Positions 17,482 to 26,039 are shown, numbered from the stretch's first letter. The stretch is DNA of 39,520 bases from Planctomycetota bacterium (GCA_036229545.1 JAZALG010000091.1:1-39520), one strand, 5' to 3'. Translations and numbers: made by a program. Notes: generated by a model from the sequence alone, not told the origin.

Positions 17482-17807
17482 AACTTACCGACAACGCCTG
17501 CGTTGAGTTTGAGCACGACATTCATCTTTTCCTGGACCAGGAAATGGATGAAGGGGAGATGTCCCGTGTGGTGGAACATCTCGAAGTTTGCTCGGGCTGC
17601 CGAGATTACATGGATGACATGACAACTCTTACGGTGATGCACAGGCAGGAAGGTCCATCGCTGGACCGTGCGGTCGCCGGGCTTGTGGATCGCCACGCCC
17701 TATTTGCTTCCGTGACTCAAACGCTTTTCGAGGATCGTCAGAAAGAACTCGTCCGACTCTTCTACGAACTGGGTAAAGCTTATGTTCTGGCGGCTAACAA
17801 AAAGTAG
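17478..17807 (+). CDS. zinc-binding anti-sigma factor (zf-HC2 / ZAS), apparently soluble
   Basis: HLEVCSGC is the H-x3-C-x2-C motif at the usual N-terminal position. ATGA overlap with the sigma gene. No hydrophobic helix. Ends at TAG 17805-17807, which is in frame with the next ORF. Confidence 0.7.
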   Translation: MKLTDNACVEFEHDIHLFLDQEMDEGEMSRVVEHLEVCSGCRDYMDDMTTLTVMHRQEGPSLDRAVAGLVDRHALFASVTQTLFEDRQKELVRLFYELGKAYVLAANKK

Positions 17808-17840
17808 AGCGACTCCGCAGGTTCCCGCCGGACTCGCTCC

Positions 17841-18530
17841 GTGCAGACAGTCACAGCGCCTCTTCCCATTCGCTCCACGACCGATCAGGCTCGACGCTTG
17901 TCAAAGGAGGTCGATGACCTGGCTTTCCATGGGGCGGAGATTTCGCCAAGAGGGGTTGCAGATTGCTCTTCTACGAAACTTCTGAGTCACCCTGGGGAAT
18001 CGGGTGGCCTCGCCCGGGGAAGGCGGTTACTCGAGCAAGCCCTGGACCTGTGTCCGGAGTTCACAGCTGCCCGCCTCTATTTGGGATTTCAACGGATGCA
18101 GTCTGGGCGATACGACCGAGCAAGGATTGAATTTCGGCGGGTTTATCGCCACGCCGAAGATCCGGTGCATCGGATGATGGCGCTGCAGTGGTTGGGTGTC
18201 GTGTACTCCACCTTGGGGCACATGTCTTCCTGCAGGGACGAATACATGCGCGCGATTCGGTGTTACACCGAAGTGGTCGCAAGCGGCGTGGTGGACAAGG
18301 AGCCACGCCTGTTCATTTCGTATCTGAATTTGGCGGTGAACTGTGCGAAAGTCGGCCTTGTTCACCGGTCACTCAAGCACTTCGATGAACTGATCCACCG
18401 ATTTCCGGATCGAATTGACCAATCTCGAGACCTCCTCGAAAAGATGGAGGACTTCCGTGGGCTCCTGAGGGATAAGGCCCAGTTACGTGAAGATCTAACT
18501 GCAGGATGTCCCGCGCTTTTTGCCGCATGA
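17841..18530 (+). CDS. TPR-like repeat protein (possibly the detached C-terminal part of the anti-sigma factor)
   Basis: Helical repeat pattern: LLEQALDLCPEFTAARLYLGFQRMQSGRYDRARIEFRRV...ALQWLGVVYSTLGH.... Same frame as 17478-17807. GTG 17841 has no SD-like sequence upstream. Confidence 0.5.
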   Translation: MQTVTAPLPIRSTTDQARRLSKEVDDLAFHGAEISPRGVADCSSTKLLSHPGESGGLARGRRLLEQALDLCPEFTAARLYLGFQRMQSGRYDRARIEFRRVYRHAEDPVHRMMALQWLGVVYSTLGHMSSCRDEYMRAIRCYTEVVASGVVDKEPRLFISYLNLAVNCAKVGLVHRSLKHFDELIHRFPDRIDQSRDLLEKMEDFRGLLRDKAQLREDLTAGCPALFAA

Positions 18531-18544
18531 GGGGAAAGAAAGAC

Positions 18545-19306
18545 ATGAGCCACCATTTCATCCGACCCTTCAAGAGGTCCTTCCTTTGCACGGCCGCGTT
18601 GTTGGGGGTCCTGTTCTTCTTGGTTTCCTCAGGCTATGCACAGGAGGACGACGGGGGGGTCTTGCCCGGAGCGAATAGTACAAATCCTTCCGGAGGTGGC
18701 GGCTCAGGAAGTAGTACGCAGTCGGCTGCCTATATTGTTCACCTTTACAACCACGGAGAGGGATGGGTGCCCATTCCTCTTGATCCTGGCGCTGCACGAT
18801 TGTGGATCGCCGGAGAGATGAGTGAGTTCGTCGAACTCAAGATTGACGAAGTCTCTGTCGAAGAGGCGACGGTTTCTGCCATGACGCACTATCCCATTCT
18901 CGCTTCACAGCCCTCGTCCTCCGAGGTCGTGATGCAGGGTGATGCTCGGATCGAGCTCCATCAACTGTTAAAGACCCGGCTTCTCGCCGCGCCTCTCGCC
19001 GCAGGTCGGACGACTCTCCTCCTGCTCCATGAGTACATCCCCGGCCAGTCGATGGATCCGCTGCAGGATGTGGTCTCCGGCGAGGTCGTGCCGGCGCAGT
19101 TCCTGTTCTTAGGGGACGTCCCGTCGCTGGATCTCGGCGTTTTCTCTGAGGTTGTTTCGCGCCACGGAAGTCCTTCCTCAGTCCTGGCCGCGACCTGGGT
19201 GTTCCTCTCTGTCGATGCGTCGGGAGCCCTGCACATCTCCGCAGTTCGCGCTTCGAGTGACGTTCAAACTCTTGAGATGGTGACGGGAAAGAGCCCCTCT
19301 CTCTAG
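18545..19306 (+). CDS. hypothetical secreted protein
   Basis: MSHHFIRPFKRSFLCTAALLGVLFFLVSSGYAQE is a signal peptide, followed by a Gly/Ser linker. ATG 18545 is preceded by GAGGGGAAAG; the track's ATG 18506 would overlap the TPR gene. Confidence 0.55.
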   Translation: MSHHFIRPFKRSFLCTAALLGVLFFLVSSGYAQEDDGGVLPGANSTNPSGGGGSGSSTQSAAYIVHLYNHGEGWVPIPLDPGAARLWIAGEMSEFVELKIDEVSVEEATVSAMTHYPILASQPSSSEVVMQGDARIELHQLLKTRLLAAPLAAGRTTLLLLHEYIPGQSMDPLQDVVSGEVVPAQFLFLGDVPSLDLGVFSEVVSRHGSPSSVLAATWVFLSVDASGALHISAVRASSDVQTLEMVTGKSPSL

Positions 19307-19318
19307 GAGTGGCTGTGG

Positions 19319-19343
19319 CCCTCCTCTCCAAGAGAGAGGGGGG
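19319..19343 (+). terminator. weak terminator-like hairpin after the secreted-protein gene
   Basis: ccctcctctc / caa / gagagagggg pairs as 5 bp, a bulge, then 5 bp. There is no U-tract. An upstream copy cccctctctc (19294-19303) is a perfect 10-bp complement of the same purine arm. Confidence 0.3.
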
Positions 19344-19404
19344 TCGCTTACGCCGGGGGAACTGCATCGACCCATGAGAGGTCTCCTTGGCCTATCATGT
19401 CTAG

Positions 19405-21606
19405 GTGACAACCACCGATGCGCTCATTGCCGACTTGAACCAGCCACAGCGTGAAGCGGTGACCTACGGAGAGGGTCCTTTGCTTGTTGTCGCCGGCGCC
19501 GGGAGCGGTAAGACGCGTGTGATTACCCGCCGAGTGGCATGGTTGATTGAACAGGGGGTTTCCCCTTCCGACATTCTCGCGATTACCTTTACGAACAAAG
19601 CCGCCGGGGAAATGCGTGGTCGAGTCGAGGCCCTCATGGGAGAAGGAAAGGTCTGGATGAGCACGTTCCATTCTTTTTGCGCTCGAGTCCTGCGTCGGGA
19701 TGGATCTGCTGTTGGCCTTCAGCCGGGATTCTCCATCTATGACCGCGATGATCAGTTGTCTGTCGTGAAAGAAATTTGTGGTGACCTCTCCATTGACACT
19801 CAGCATGTCCGACCCGCTGCTTTGCTTGGCGGTCTCTCCCGGTGCAAAAACGAAGGCATTGGCCCCGAAGAGGCTGCCGCTGTTGCGGGCGACTTTTTTG
19901 AACGGAACGTTGCGCAGGTCTATGAGCGGTATCAGGACTCCCTCGAAGTCGCGAACGCGGCGGAGTTTGATGATCTTCTGCTTAAGGTGCGGCAACTTTT
20001 TGCAGAACACACGCCCATCCTTGCGAAGTATCAGCAGCAATTCCGATACGTCATGGTGGATGAGTACCAGGACACGAATCACATCCAATATTGCATCGCA
20101 AGAGATGTGGCGGCGGGCCACGGGAATCTTTGTGCGACGGGCGATCCCGATCAGGCCATCTATGCTTGGCGAGGGGCGTGCATTCGCAACATTTTAGAGT
20201 TCGAAAAAGACTTTCCAGGGGCCCATCTCGTCCGTCTTGAGCAGAACTATCGTTCCACAGGCCAGATTCTGACTGCTGCGTCGGCGCTCATTTCCAACAA
20301 CCCTGATCGGCTCATGGGGCCTCTTTGGAGTGAACTCGGTGAGGGTGACAAGGTTTCCGTGACGGCCTTAGATGATGAGGAGGTGGAAGCAGATCACGTC
20401 ATTCGTCAGGTCGTGAAGAAGCAGCAGTCGGGTATCGCTCTCTCGGACATGGCTGTGTTTTATCGGACGAATGCCCTCTCTCGACGATTGGAACGGGCCC
20501 TGCGTCTTCACAATGTTCCCTATGAGATTGTCGGGGCGGTGGAGTTCTACAAACGCAAGGAAGTGAAAGATGTCCTGGCTTATCTTCGAGTCTTGGCGAA
20601 TCCGAACGACGCGGTCGCCTTCCTCCGGATCGTTAATACACCGACCCGAGGGATTGGAAAGACCTCTCTTCAGCGACTGCGGAAGTGGGCTGTACCGCTT
20701 GGTTTGTCTCCACGCGCTGCGGCGCGGCGGGCAGAGGAGGCTCCCGAATTAACCCCTCGGGCGAAGAAGTCCCTCGCAGCGCTGACAGCGTTGCTTGACG
20801 ACCTAGAGAAGACCTTGGAAGGGGCGCCGGAGGAAACACTCTCGGCTGTTCTTGATCGAACCGACTATCTCACCTACCTGCGGGATTACGGTGGGCAAGA
20901 TGGTCTGGATCGGGTTGACAATGTTCGAGAACTTGAGACGGCCCTCGCCGCGTACACGATCAACGCGATTGAACCCACCATCGGAGGGTTTCTAGAGGAG
21001 ACAGCGCTGGTCTCCGAGGTTGATCAATTAGATCTCGATGGGGATCGCCTCCCCTTGATGACGCTTCACGCGGCGAAAGGCTTGGAGTTTCCCGTCGTGT
21101 TTATCATCGGCCTGGAGGAGGGCTTGCTTCCCCACCAGCGTAGTTTTGATGAGCCTGAGTCGATTCAAGAGGAACGCCGTCTCTTCTACGTTGGCATGAC
21201 GCGTGCCCAGCGGCACCTTCATCTCTCATTTTCCGATCGTCGGCCCATCATGGGCGCTTGGATGCCGACCACGCCTTCGCGTTTTCTCGATGAGATCCCA
21301 GAAGACTGTCTTGTCCAGGAAGATCAGAGGGCGAGGCATGAGACGAAAGGGCGAGGACGAAAGGGAGCGGATCAAACAAGCCGAGGCGGAGAGATTTACC
21401 TTCCTGATCCGGATGACTATGTGGATGTTCCTGGAAAGACGGCAGTTCCCCGTCCCAATGATTCTGTTCGGCACCCTCATTTCGGACAGGGTGTGGTCTT
21501 AGAGGTGCGAGGGACGGGAGTCAAAGCTCGGATTACGGTGAACTTTGAACACTTCGGAGAGAAACTTCTCATCGCGGAGTACTCTCGTCTTGAGAAGGTA
21601 GAATGA
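19405..21606 (+). CDS. pcrA: ATP-dependent DNA helicase, UvrD/PcrA family
   Basis: LNQPQREAV, Walker A AGAGSGKT, TFTNKAAGEM, DEYQDTN, QNYRS, TLHAAKGLEF and YVGMTRA motifs. C-terminal Tudor-like HPHFGQGVVLEV. GTG start. Confidence 0.9.
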   Translation: MTTTDALIADLNQPQREAVTYGEGPLLVVAGAGSGKTRVITRRVAWLIEQGVSPSDILAITFTNKAAGEMRGRVEALMGEGKVWMSTFHSFCARVLRRDGSAVGLQPGFSIYDRDDQLSVVKEICGDLSIDTQHVRPAALLGGLSRCKNEGIGPEEAAAVAGDFFERNVAQVYERYQDSLEVANAAEFDDLLLKVRQLFAEHTPILAKYQQQFRYVMVDEYQDTNHIQYCIARDVAAGHGNLCATGDPDQAIYAWRGACIRNILEFEKDFPGAHLVRLEQNYRSTGQILTAASALISNNPDRLMGPLWSELGEGDKVSVTALDDEEVEADHVIRQVVKKQQSGIALSDMAVFYRTNALSRRLERALRLHNVPYEIVGAVEFYKRKEVKDVLAYLRVLANPNDAVAFLRIVNTPTRGIGKTSLQRLRKWAVPLGLSPRAAARRAEEAPELTPRAKKSLAALTALLDDLEKTLEGAPEETLSAVLDRTDYLTYLRDYGGQDGLDRVDNVRELETALAAYTINAIEPTIGGFLEETALVSEVDQLDLDGDRLPLMTLHAAKGLEFPVVFIIGLEEGLLPHQRSFDEPESIQEERRLFYVGMTRAQRHLHLSFSDRRPIMGAWMPTTPSRFLDEIPEDCLVQEDQRARHETKGRGRKGADQTSRGGEIYLPDPDDYVDVPGKTAVPRPNDSVRHPHFGQGVVLEVRGTGVKARITVNFEHFGEKLLIAEYSRLEKVE

Positions 21607-21639
21607 CGTTTTCGGAGTTTCGGTCTCTCGGGGGCTTTG

Positions 21640-22623
21640 ATGGCCACTGTCATAGTGAATGAAGGGGATGGCCCCTGTCTTTACGAGTTAGGGACGGATC
21701 GCACCCTCGTCGGATCGGACTCCGAATGTGGGATCGTTTTACGTCACCCGTCTGCTGCTGGATGTGAGTTTGTTCTGAAAACTGAAGGCGACGGACACCG
21801 GGCGACGCACCTAACCGGCCGTGTATTTCTGAACGAGGTGTCATTGGAAAGCCAAGTTCTCACCCACAAGGACACTCTGCGGGTGGGAGAAAGCATGCTC
21901 CTCTATAAAAACCCAGAGGCGGTCGAGATCTCTGAGCCAGAGGTTTCAGAGAATGAGGGTGAAGCCGAACAGACGGATCGCCTTGAGATCGTGAGCGAAG
22001 AGCAGGCCGACTCTATTGAGGAACTTCTCGAAGAGATCGAGATTGAACTTCCCGAGGAGGAATCCTCAGACCAGCCGGTCGATGAGCCCGAAGAGGCGAC
22101 TTTTGAAATTCTCTCTGAGGAGATTGAGGAGTCTCCCCCTCCTCCCTTGCCCGAGGAGGATGAAGGAGTTTTTGCCGTGGAGGTGGAGAGCGTCGAGGAT
22201 CTTGAGCCACTTTCCGAAGAAGGTCCTTTTGAGGAGGACATGGAAGAGGAGGCCTCTCCAGAGGATGAACTCAAGCCGGAGCCTGAACTGGAGTTAACCT
22301 CCTCGCCCGATTCAGTCGTAGACGTCAGCGAACTTCTTGCCGAAATGGAGTTGGTGGAGGAGATCGATGAGTTGCATGAGTGGGATGACGTCAAAAAAGA
22401 GCCCGAGGTCGCGCATGGGGTGGAGTCAGAATCTGACAGTCCACAGGAGGGCATCGATCTTGAAGACGAAGTGCCCGAAACCGTTGATGATGGCCAGCAC
22501 GGCTTGACCGGCCCGGTACGCTTTAAGGTCCCTCTCCCTCCTGACGTGCAAGGCCCGTCGTCTCCACCACCCTTTTCGGGGCCTCCACCAGGGCCGCCGC
22601 AGTCGGGTGTGCCATTCTCGTGA
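21640..22623 (+). CDS. FHA-like domain protein with long acidic disordered region and Pro-rich tail
   Basis: The N-terminal ~90 aa follow the FHA pattern (LGTDRTLVGSDSECGIVL...VFLNEVSL...DTLRVGESMLLY). About 190 aa of Glu/Asp-rich low complexity follow, then PPPFSGPPPGPPQ. The stop overlaps the next start (GTGA). Confidence 0.6.
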   Translation: MATVIVNEGDGPCLYELGTDRTLVGSDSECGIVLRHPSAAGCEFVLKTEGDGHRATHLTGRVFLNEVSLESQVLTHKDTLRVGESMLLYKNPEAVEISEPEVSENEGEAEQTDRLEIVSEEQADSIEELLEEIEIELPEEESSDQPVDEPEEATFEILSEEIEESPPPPLPEEDEGVFAVEVESVEDLEPLSEEGPFEEDMEEEASPEDELKPEPELELTSSPDSVVDVSELLAEMELVEEIDELHEWDDVKKEPEVAHGVESESDSPQEGIDLEDEVPETVDDGQHGLTGPVRFKVPLPPDVQGPSSPPPFSGPPPGPPQSGVPFS

Positions 22624-23678
22624 TTCAGGTTTCCTGTGATTCTTGTGGGGCGGCCTTCCGGGCGAAGGACGAGCTCGTGGGGCGTGCGGTAAAGTGTCCC
22701 CGTTGTTCGGCGACCCTACGGATTCCTCCTTCAGGTGATGCTGAAGTAAAAAGGCCTGCGCCAGTGAAATCGAACGGGCCCTCTCGCAGAACGCCCTCGT
22801 CGCGCCAATCCAAAGGAGTGTCCAGGCGCAAGAAGACCTCCGAGCCTCGCCGCAAGAGGGGTTCTTCGATTCCGCCTTGGGTCGCTCCCCTTGTGATTGT
22901 GCCTGTCGTACTTCTGGTGGGGTATTTCGCTTATCAGGCCATGAAGCCAAATCCCATCGTTGCCATGATGCAGGATGCCATCGAACTGAGAAGTCGGGCG
23001 ATGTACGACGAGGCCATCGCGGTTCTTGAACAGATCCCCAACGAAAAACGAACGGGCAAGGTCCAGGAGTTGCTCGACGAGACGATTGCCCTCAAGGAAG
23101 GTGGGGAACGACGGGTAACGGAGCGGTTTGCTGAGAATCTTTATCAGCGGCTCGTCGTCTTGAAGGCGACCTATGTTGACCGAAATGGACAGGGGCATCT
23201 GCATCCCGACTATGTTTCGAGCTGTCGCTATCTCCTACTCAATGCGAAGGAATATCTGGACACCTATCCTGATGGTCCGCACGTGGAGCAGGTTCGGGGT
23301 TACTTCTCGTATTACCGAAACGTGGCATCCCTGGAGACTCCTCCCACCTTCAATGATGTGCGTGTAGAGATAGAACATCGCCATGGCACTCGGGAGTGGA
23401 GTCAGGCATTGACGACGCTGAACGCCTTTGCTGTATCGAGTCAGAGCGGTCAGAATCAGGCGGAAGAGTTGCGGGATTTAATTCGCGAGAGGGCACTCGA
23501 CCATTGGAATGGGCTCGAGGAGCACCTGAAATCGAAATACATGCAACCAGGCAAGGAGAACTGGCGCATGATTCTCAAAGATGTTCGACAATACTTGGAA
23601 GGCGTTGAAGGAATGCCAGAACTCTCGGTTGGGGCTCAGGCCCTACACGATCTTGCGGTTTCGAACCTGGAGGGGTGA
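22620..23678 (+). CDS. zinc-ribbon membrane-anchored protein, helical extracytoplasmic domain
   Basis: The N-terminus CDSCGAAFRAKDELVGRAVKCPRCSATL is a CxxC-x17-CxxC ribbon. A basic stretch and one TM (WVAPLVIVPVVLLVGYFAY) follow, then ~250 aa predicted helical. No family named. Confidence 0.6.
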   Translation: MIQVSCDSCGAAFRAKDELVGRAVKCPRCSATLRIPPSGDAEVKRPAPVKSNGPSRRTPSSRQSKGVSRRKKTSEPRRKRGSSIPPWVAPLVIVPVVLLVGYFAYQAMKPNPIVAMMQDAIELRSRAMYDEAIAVLEQIPNEKRTGKVQELLDETIALKEGGERRVTERFAENLYQRLVVLKATYVDRNGQGHLHPDYVSSCRYLLLNAKEYLDTYPDGPHVEQVRGYFSYYRNVASLETPPTFNDVRVEIEHRHGTREWSQALTTLNAFAVSSQSGQNQAEELRDLIRERALDHWNGLEEHLKSKYMQPGKENWRMILKDVRQYLEGVEGMPELSVGAQALHDLAVSNLEG

Positions 23679-23705
23679 GTCACGAATCGTCGATTACCCT
23701 ATCTG

Positions 23706-26027
23706 TTGGTGGTTTTGTTGCTCGCGGCGGCTCTTTGGACAGCGCTGCAAGGTCGAGAATCCCCTCTTCGCCGTGAGCGTCTCAAGCCATTTATCAACTT
23801 GCTTCCGGCCTTTCAGGACGGAGAGTTCGTTCGGACCACGGAGCGTATTGCTCTGGGAGGGCCTCGGGGACAACGTCAAACAGAGGAGGTGGAAAGACGT
23901 CGATTCATGGGGGCGGAGGGGGTTCTCTCGCGTCCCGATGGTGATCCCCCCTATGCGTGGTTAGTGGGTCATCGCCCCACCTTCCGCTTGGATATTCTCG
24001 AAGTCGAAGACCGCAGCCTGATTTTTTTCATGGCGAATGCCATTTCGCGGACACAGAACTTTGCGGTGTTCTTCAATGGAAACGTGGTGGGGTCAGGGAC
24101 TCTTCCGGCTGAGGAGAGGCAGGTGCGCCTTTCATTTTCTGTGCCAGCCCTGATGCAGAACAGAGGATCAAATCTTGTGATGCTCGCCTTCCAGGATGTG
24201 GAAGTTCGAAAACTCATGGGCGAACCGCGTCTCCCGATCGCCGCGGTGATCAACCGGGTGCATTTTGAACGAGTCGGGACAGAGGGGGTTGATCGTCCTC
24301 CGCCGAAGGCGGGGGTGTTTCCCGACGACAGGGGGAAGCCATCCCTCGTCCTTCCTGGAGGAACCGTAGTCCAATTGGGATTGGACAGGCCGACAGAGGA
24401 CAGGCTGGGCCTGAGATTGCGCATCGAAGATGCGGGGGTCCCGTTTGAAGTGTCCATTCTTCAGGATATGAAACCTCGGCGAACACTTTTCACGGGAGAC
24501 GGAGGGGATGAGGGTCAGATGGACCTTGATCTGACTCCCTGGGCAGCGGCTCCCATGCTTCTGGAGATTTGGGCACGAGAAGGGGCGGGGGTCCTCAAGA
24601 TCGATGCTGCCCACCTCCTTGGTGGGGCCGATCTCCTTGAGGAAGACACTTCAGCGAACGCGTCCCTTGGGCGCCGGGTGGAGGCCTTGGAGAACCCCTC
24701 TTTTCTCGTCATTGTTCTCGACGCCATGGCTCGTCGACATAGTTCTGCATTCGGATACGAGCGAGAGACGACACCGCAGTTGGCGGCACTCGCCAGCCAT
24801 TCTCTGGTTTTCCCAGGTGCCACTGCGCCCGCTTCCTACACCCTTTCGTCAGTGGCGACTCTGTTGACGGGGGCTTTTCCGAGGACCCACGGGGTGACCT
24901 TTCTTCCTGCTGATGGAATGGGCGCGAGTCTCCCTGAACATTTGCCCCGAGTCGCCGAGCGACTCAAGAATGCCGGATGGAAAACGGGAGGGTTTGTGAC
25001 CAACCCCAATGCGGGAAGCCGGTTTGGTTTCGGTGAGGGGTTCGAAGAGTGGGTGGACCTCTTTGATGAGCCCGGTCTGTTTCATGAGGGCGTCGAGGGC
25101 CGTCACCTTCTCCCCCGGTTGACATCGTTCTTAGAGAGGGCAGAGGAAGAGCCCTTCTTTGCCTACGTGCACGTTTTTGAACCTCACGCACCCTATGTCG
25201 CACCACAGGATCTCTTAGACGTTTTTGTTCGACCCTATGAGGGGGGAGTCTCAGGTGATCGACAGTGGCTCGATGGATTCCGGCGGGGAGGGCGCTCAGT
25301 CGGCGTGGACGGATGGAATCACCTCACCGATCTGTATGACGCACGAATTGCACTCGCAGATCGAGTGCTGGGGGAACTCCTGGCCATTCTCCAGCGTTCT
25401 GGGCGGGATGAGGAGACGGTGATTCTCGTCGTGTCCGATCATGGAGAAGCGGTGGGAGAACATCACTCTGCTGAGCATGGCGACCATGTTTATGCCGAGC
25501 AGTTGGAAGTGCCCATGGTGCTCCACGTACCGGGCCTACCACCAGGCGAAATCCACGGTGCCGTGAGTCTTGCCGATGTCGCCCCAACATTACTTGGGCT
25601 GGCGGGGCTGGCTGTACCCAGCGAAATGGACGGTGTCGATCTGTTGGCCTCGTCGGTCCCCGAGAATCGTCCACTTCTCGCTCGGAGTTACGGCCGGCTT
25701 CCAGCGATTTCCTGGGCGCGGGGTCGGTACAAACTCATCGTCGATCTTGGTACGCGCCGCCGGTATCTCTTTGATGTCATTGATGATCCGATGGAGACCC
25801 GTGACCTCTCTTTGCTTCACCCCGCAACGATGGCGGTTCTCTACCAGGAGTTGCTTCAAGCGCTTTGCGCAACGGAAGGCGCTGGAGCACCATTGGTTGC
25901 AGTTCCTCAAGAAGATTTAGAACGCATGGCAGAGCTTGGGTATGCCGTGGGAGGCGAGGAGGGTTCAGCGCCCGTAGACGGAGAGGAGATCTGCGATCTA
26001 TTGAGAAGTTTGAGGCGACGTTTATAG
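23706..26027 (+). CDS. sulfatase-fold (alkaline-phosphatase superfamily) protein with unknown ~330-aa N-terminal domain
   Basis: FLVIVLDAMARRH...TPQLAALASHSLVF...ASYTLSSVATLLTGAFPRTHGV...HVFEPHAPY...LVVSDHGE matches the sulfatase core order. The nucleophile position carries Thr379, not Cys/Ser-x-Pro-x-Arg. N-terminal signal/anchor MVVLLLAAALWTAL; start is TTG 23706 or GTG 23709. Confidence 0.7.
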   Translation: MVVLLLAAALWTALQGRESPLRRERLKPFINLLPAFQDGEFVRTTERIALGGPRGQRQTEEVERRRFMGAEGVLSRPDGDPPYAWLVGHRPTFRLDILEVEDRSLIFFMANAISRTQNFAVFFNGNVVGSGTLPAEERQVRLSFSVPALMQNRGSNLVMLAFQDVEVRKLMGEPRLPIAAVINRVHFERVGTEGVDRPPPKAGVFPDDRGKPSLVLPGGTVVQLGLDRPTEDRLGLRLRIEDAGVPFEVSILQDMKPRRTLFTGDGGDEGQMDLDLTPWAAAPMLLEIWAREGAGVLKIDAAHLLGGADLLEEDTSANASLGRRVEALENPSFLVIVLDAMARRHSSAFGYERETTPQLAALASHSLVFPGATAPASYTLSSVATLLTGAFPRTHGVTFLPADGMGASLPEHLPRVAERLKNAGWKTGGFVTNPNAGSRFGFGEGFEEWVDLFDEPGLFHEGVEGRHLLPRLTSFLERAEEEPFFAYVHVFEPHAPYVAPQDLLDVFVRPYEGGVSGDRQWLDGFRRGGRSVGVDGWNHLTDLYDARIALADRVLGELLAILQRSGRDEETVILVVSDHGEAVGEHHSAEHGDHVYAEQLEVPMVLHVPGLPPGEIHGAVSLADVAPTLLGLAGLAVPSEMDGVDLLASSVPENRPLLARSYGRLPAISWARGRYKLIVDLGTRRRYLFDVIDDPMETRDLSLLHPATMAVLYQELLQALCATEGAGAPLVAVPQEDLERMAELGYAVGGEEGSAPVDGEEICDLLRSLRRRL

Positions 26028-26039
26028 CCTTCCAAGAGG

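Noticed and set aside
17805-17807. In-frame TAG as evidence of genome-wide amber reassignment or pyrrolysine
   Set aside because: TAG terminates several well-defined genes here at positions matching normal protein C-termini: argR 1284-1286, REC-GGDEF 7286-7288, queG, kdsA, and the sulfatase-fold gene 26025-26027. No pyl genes are seen.
21903-22454. 183-aa Ser-rich ORF on the minus strand
   Set aside because: It is the mirror image of the Glu/Asp-rich (GAR-codon) region of the FHA-like protein. The Ser-rich composition is a direct consequence of reading GAG/GAA repeats in reverse.
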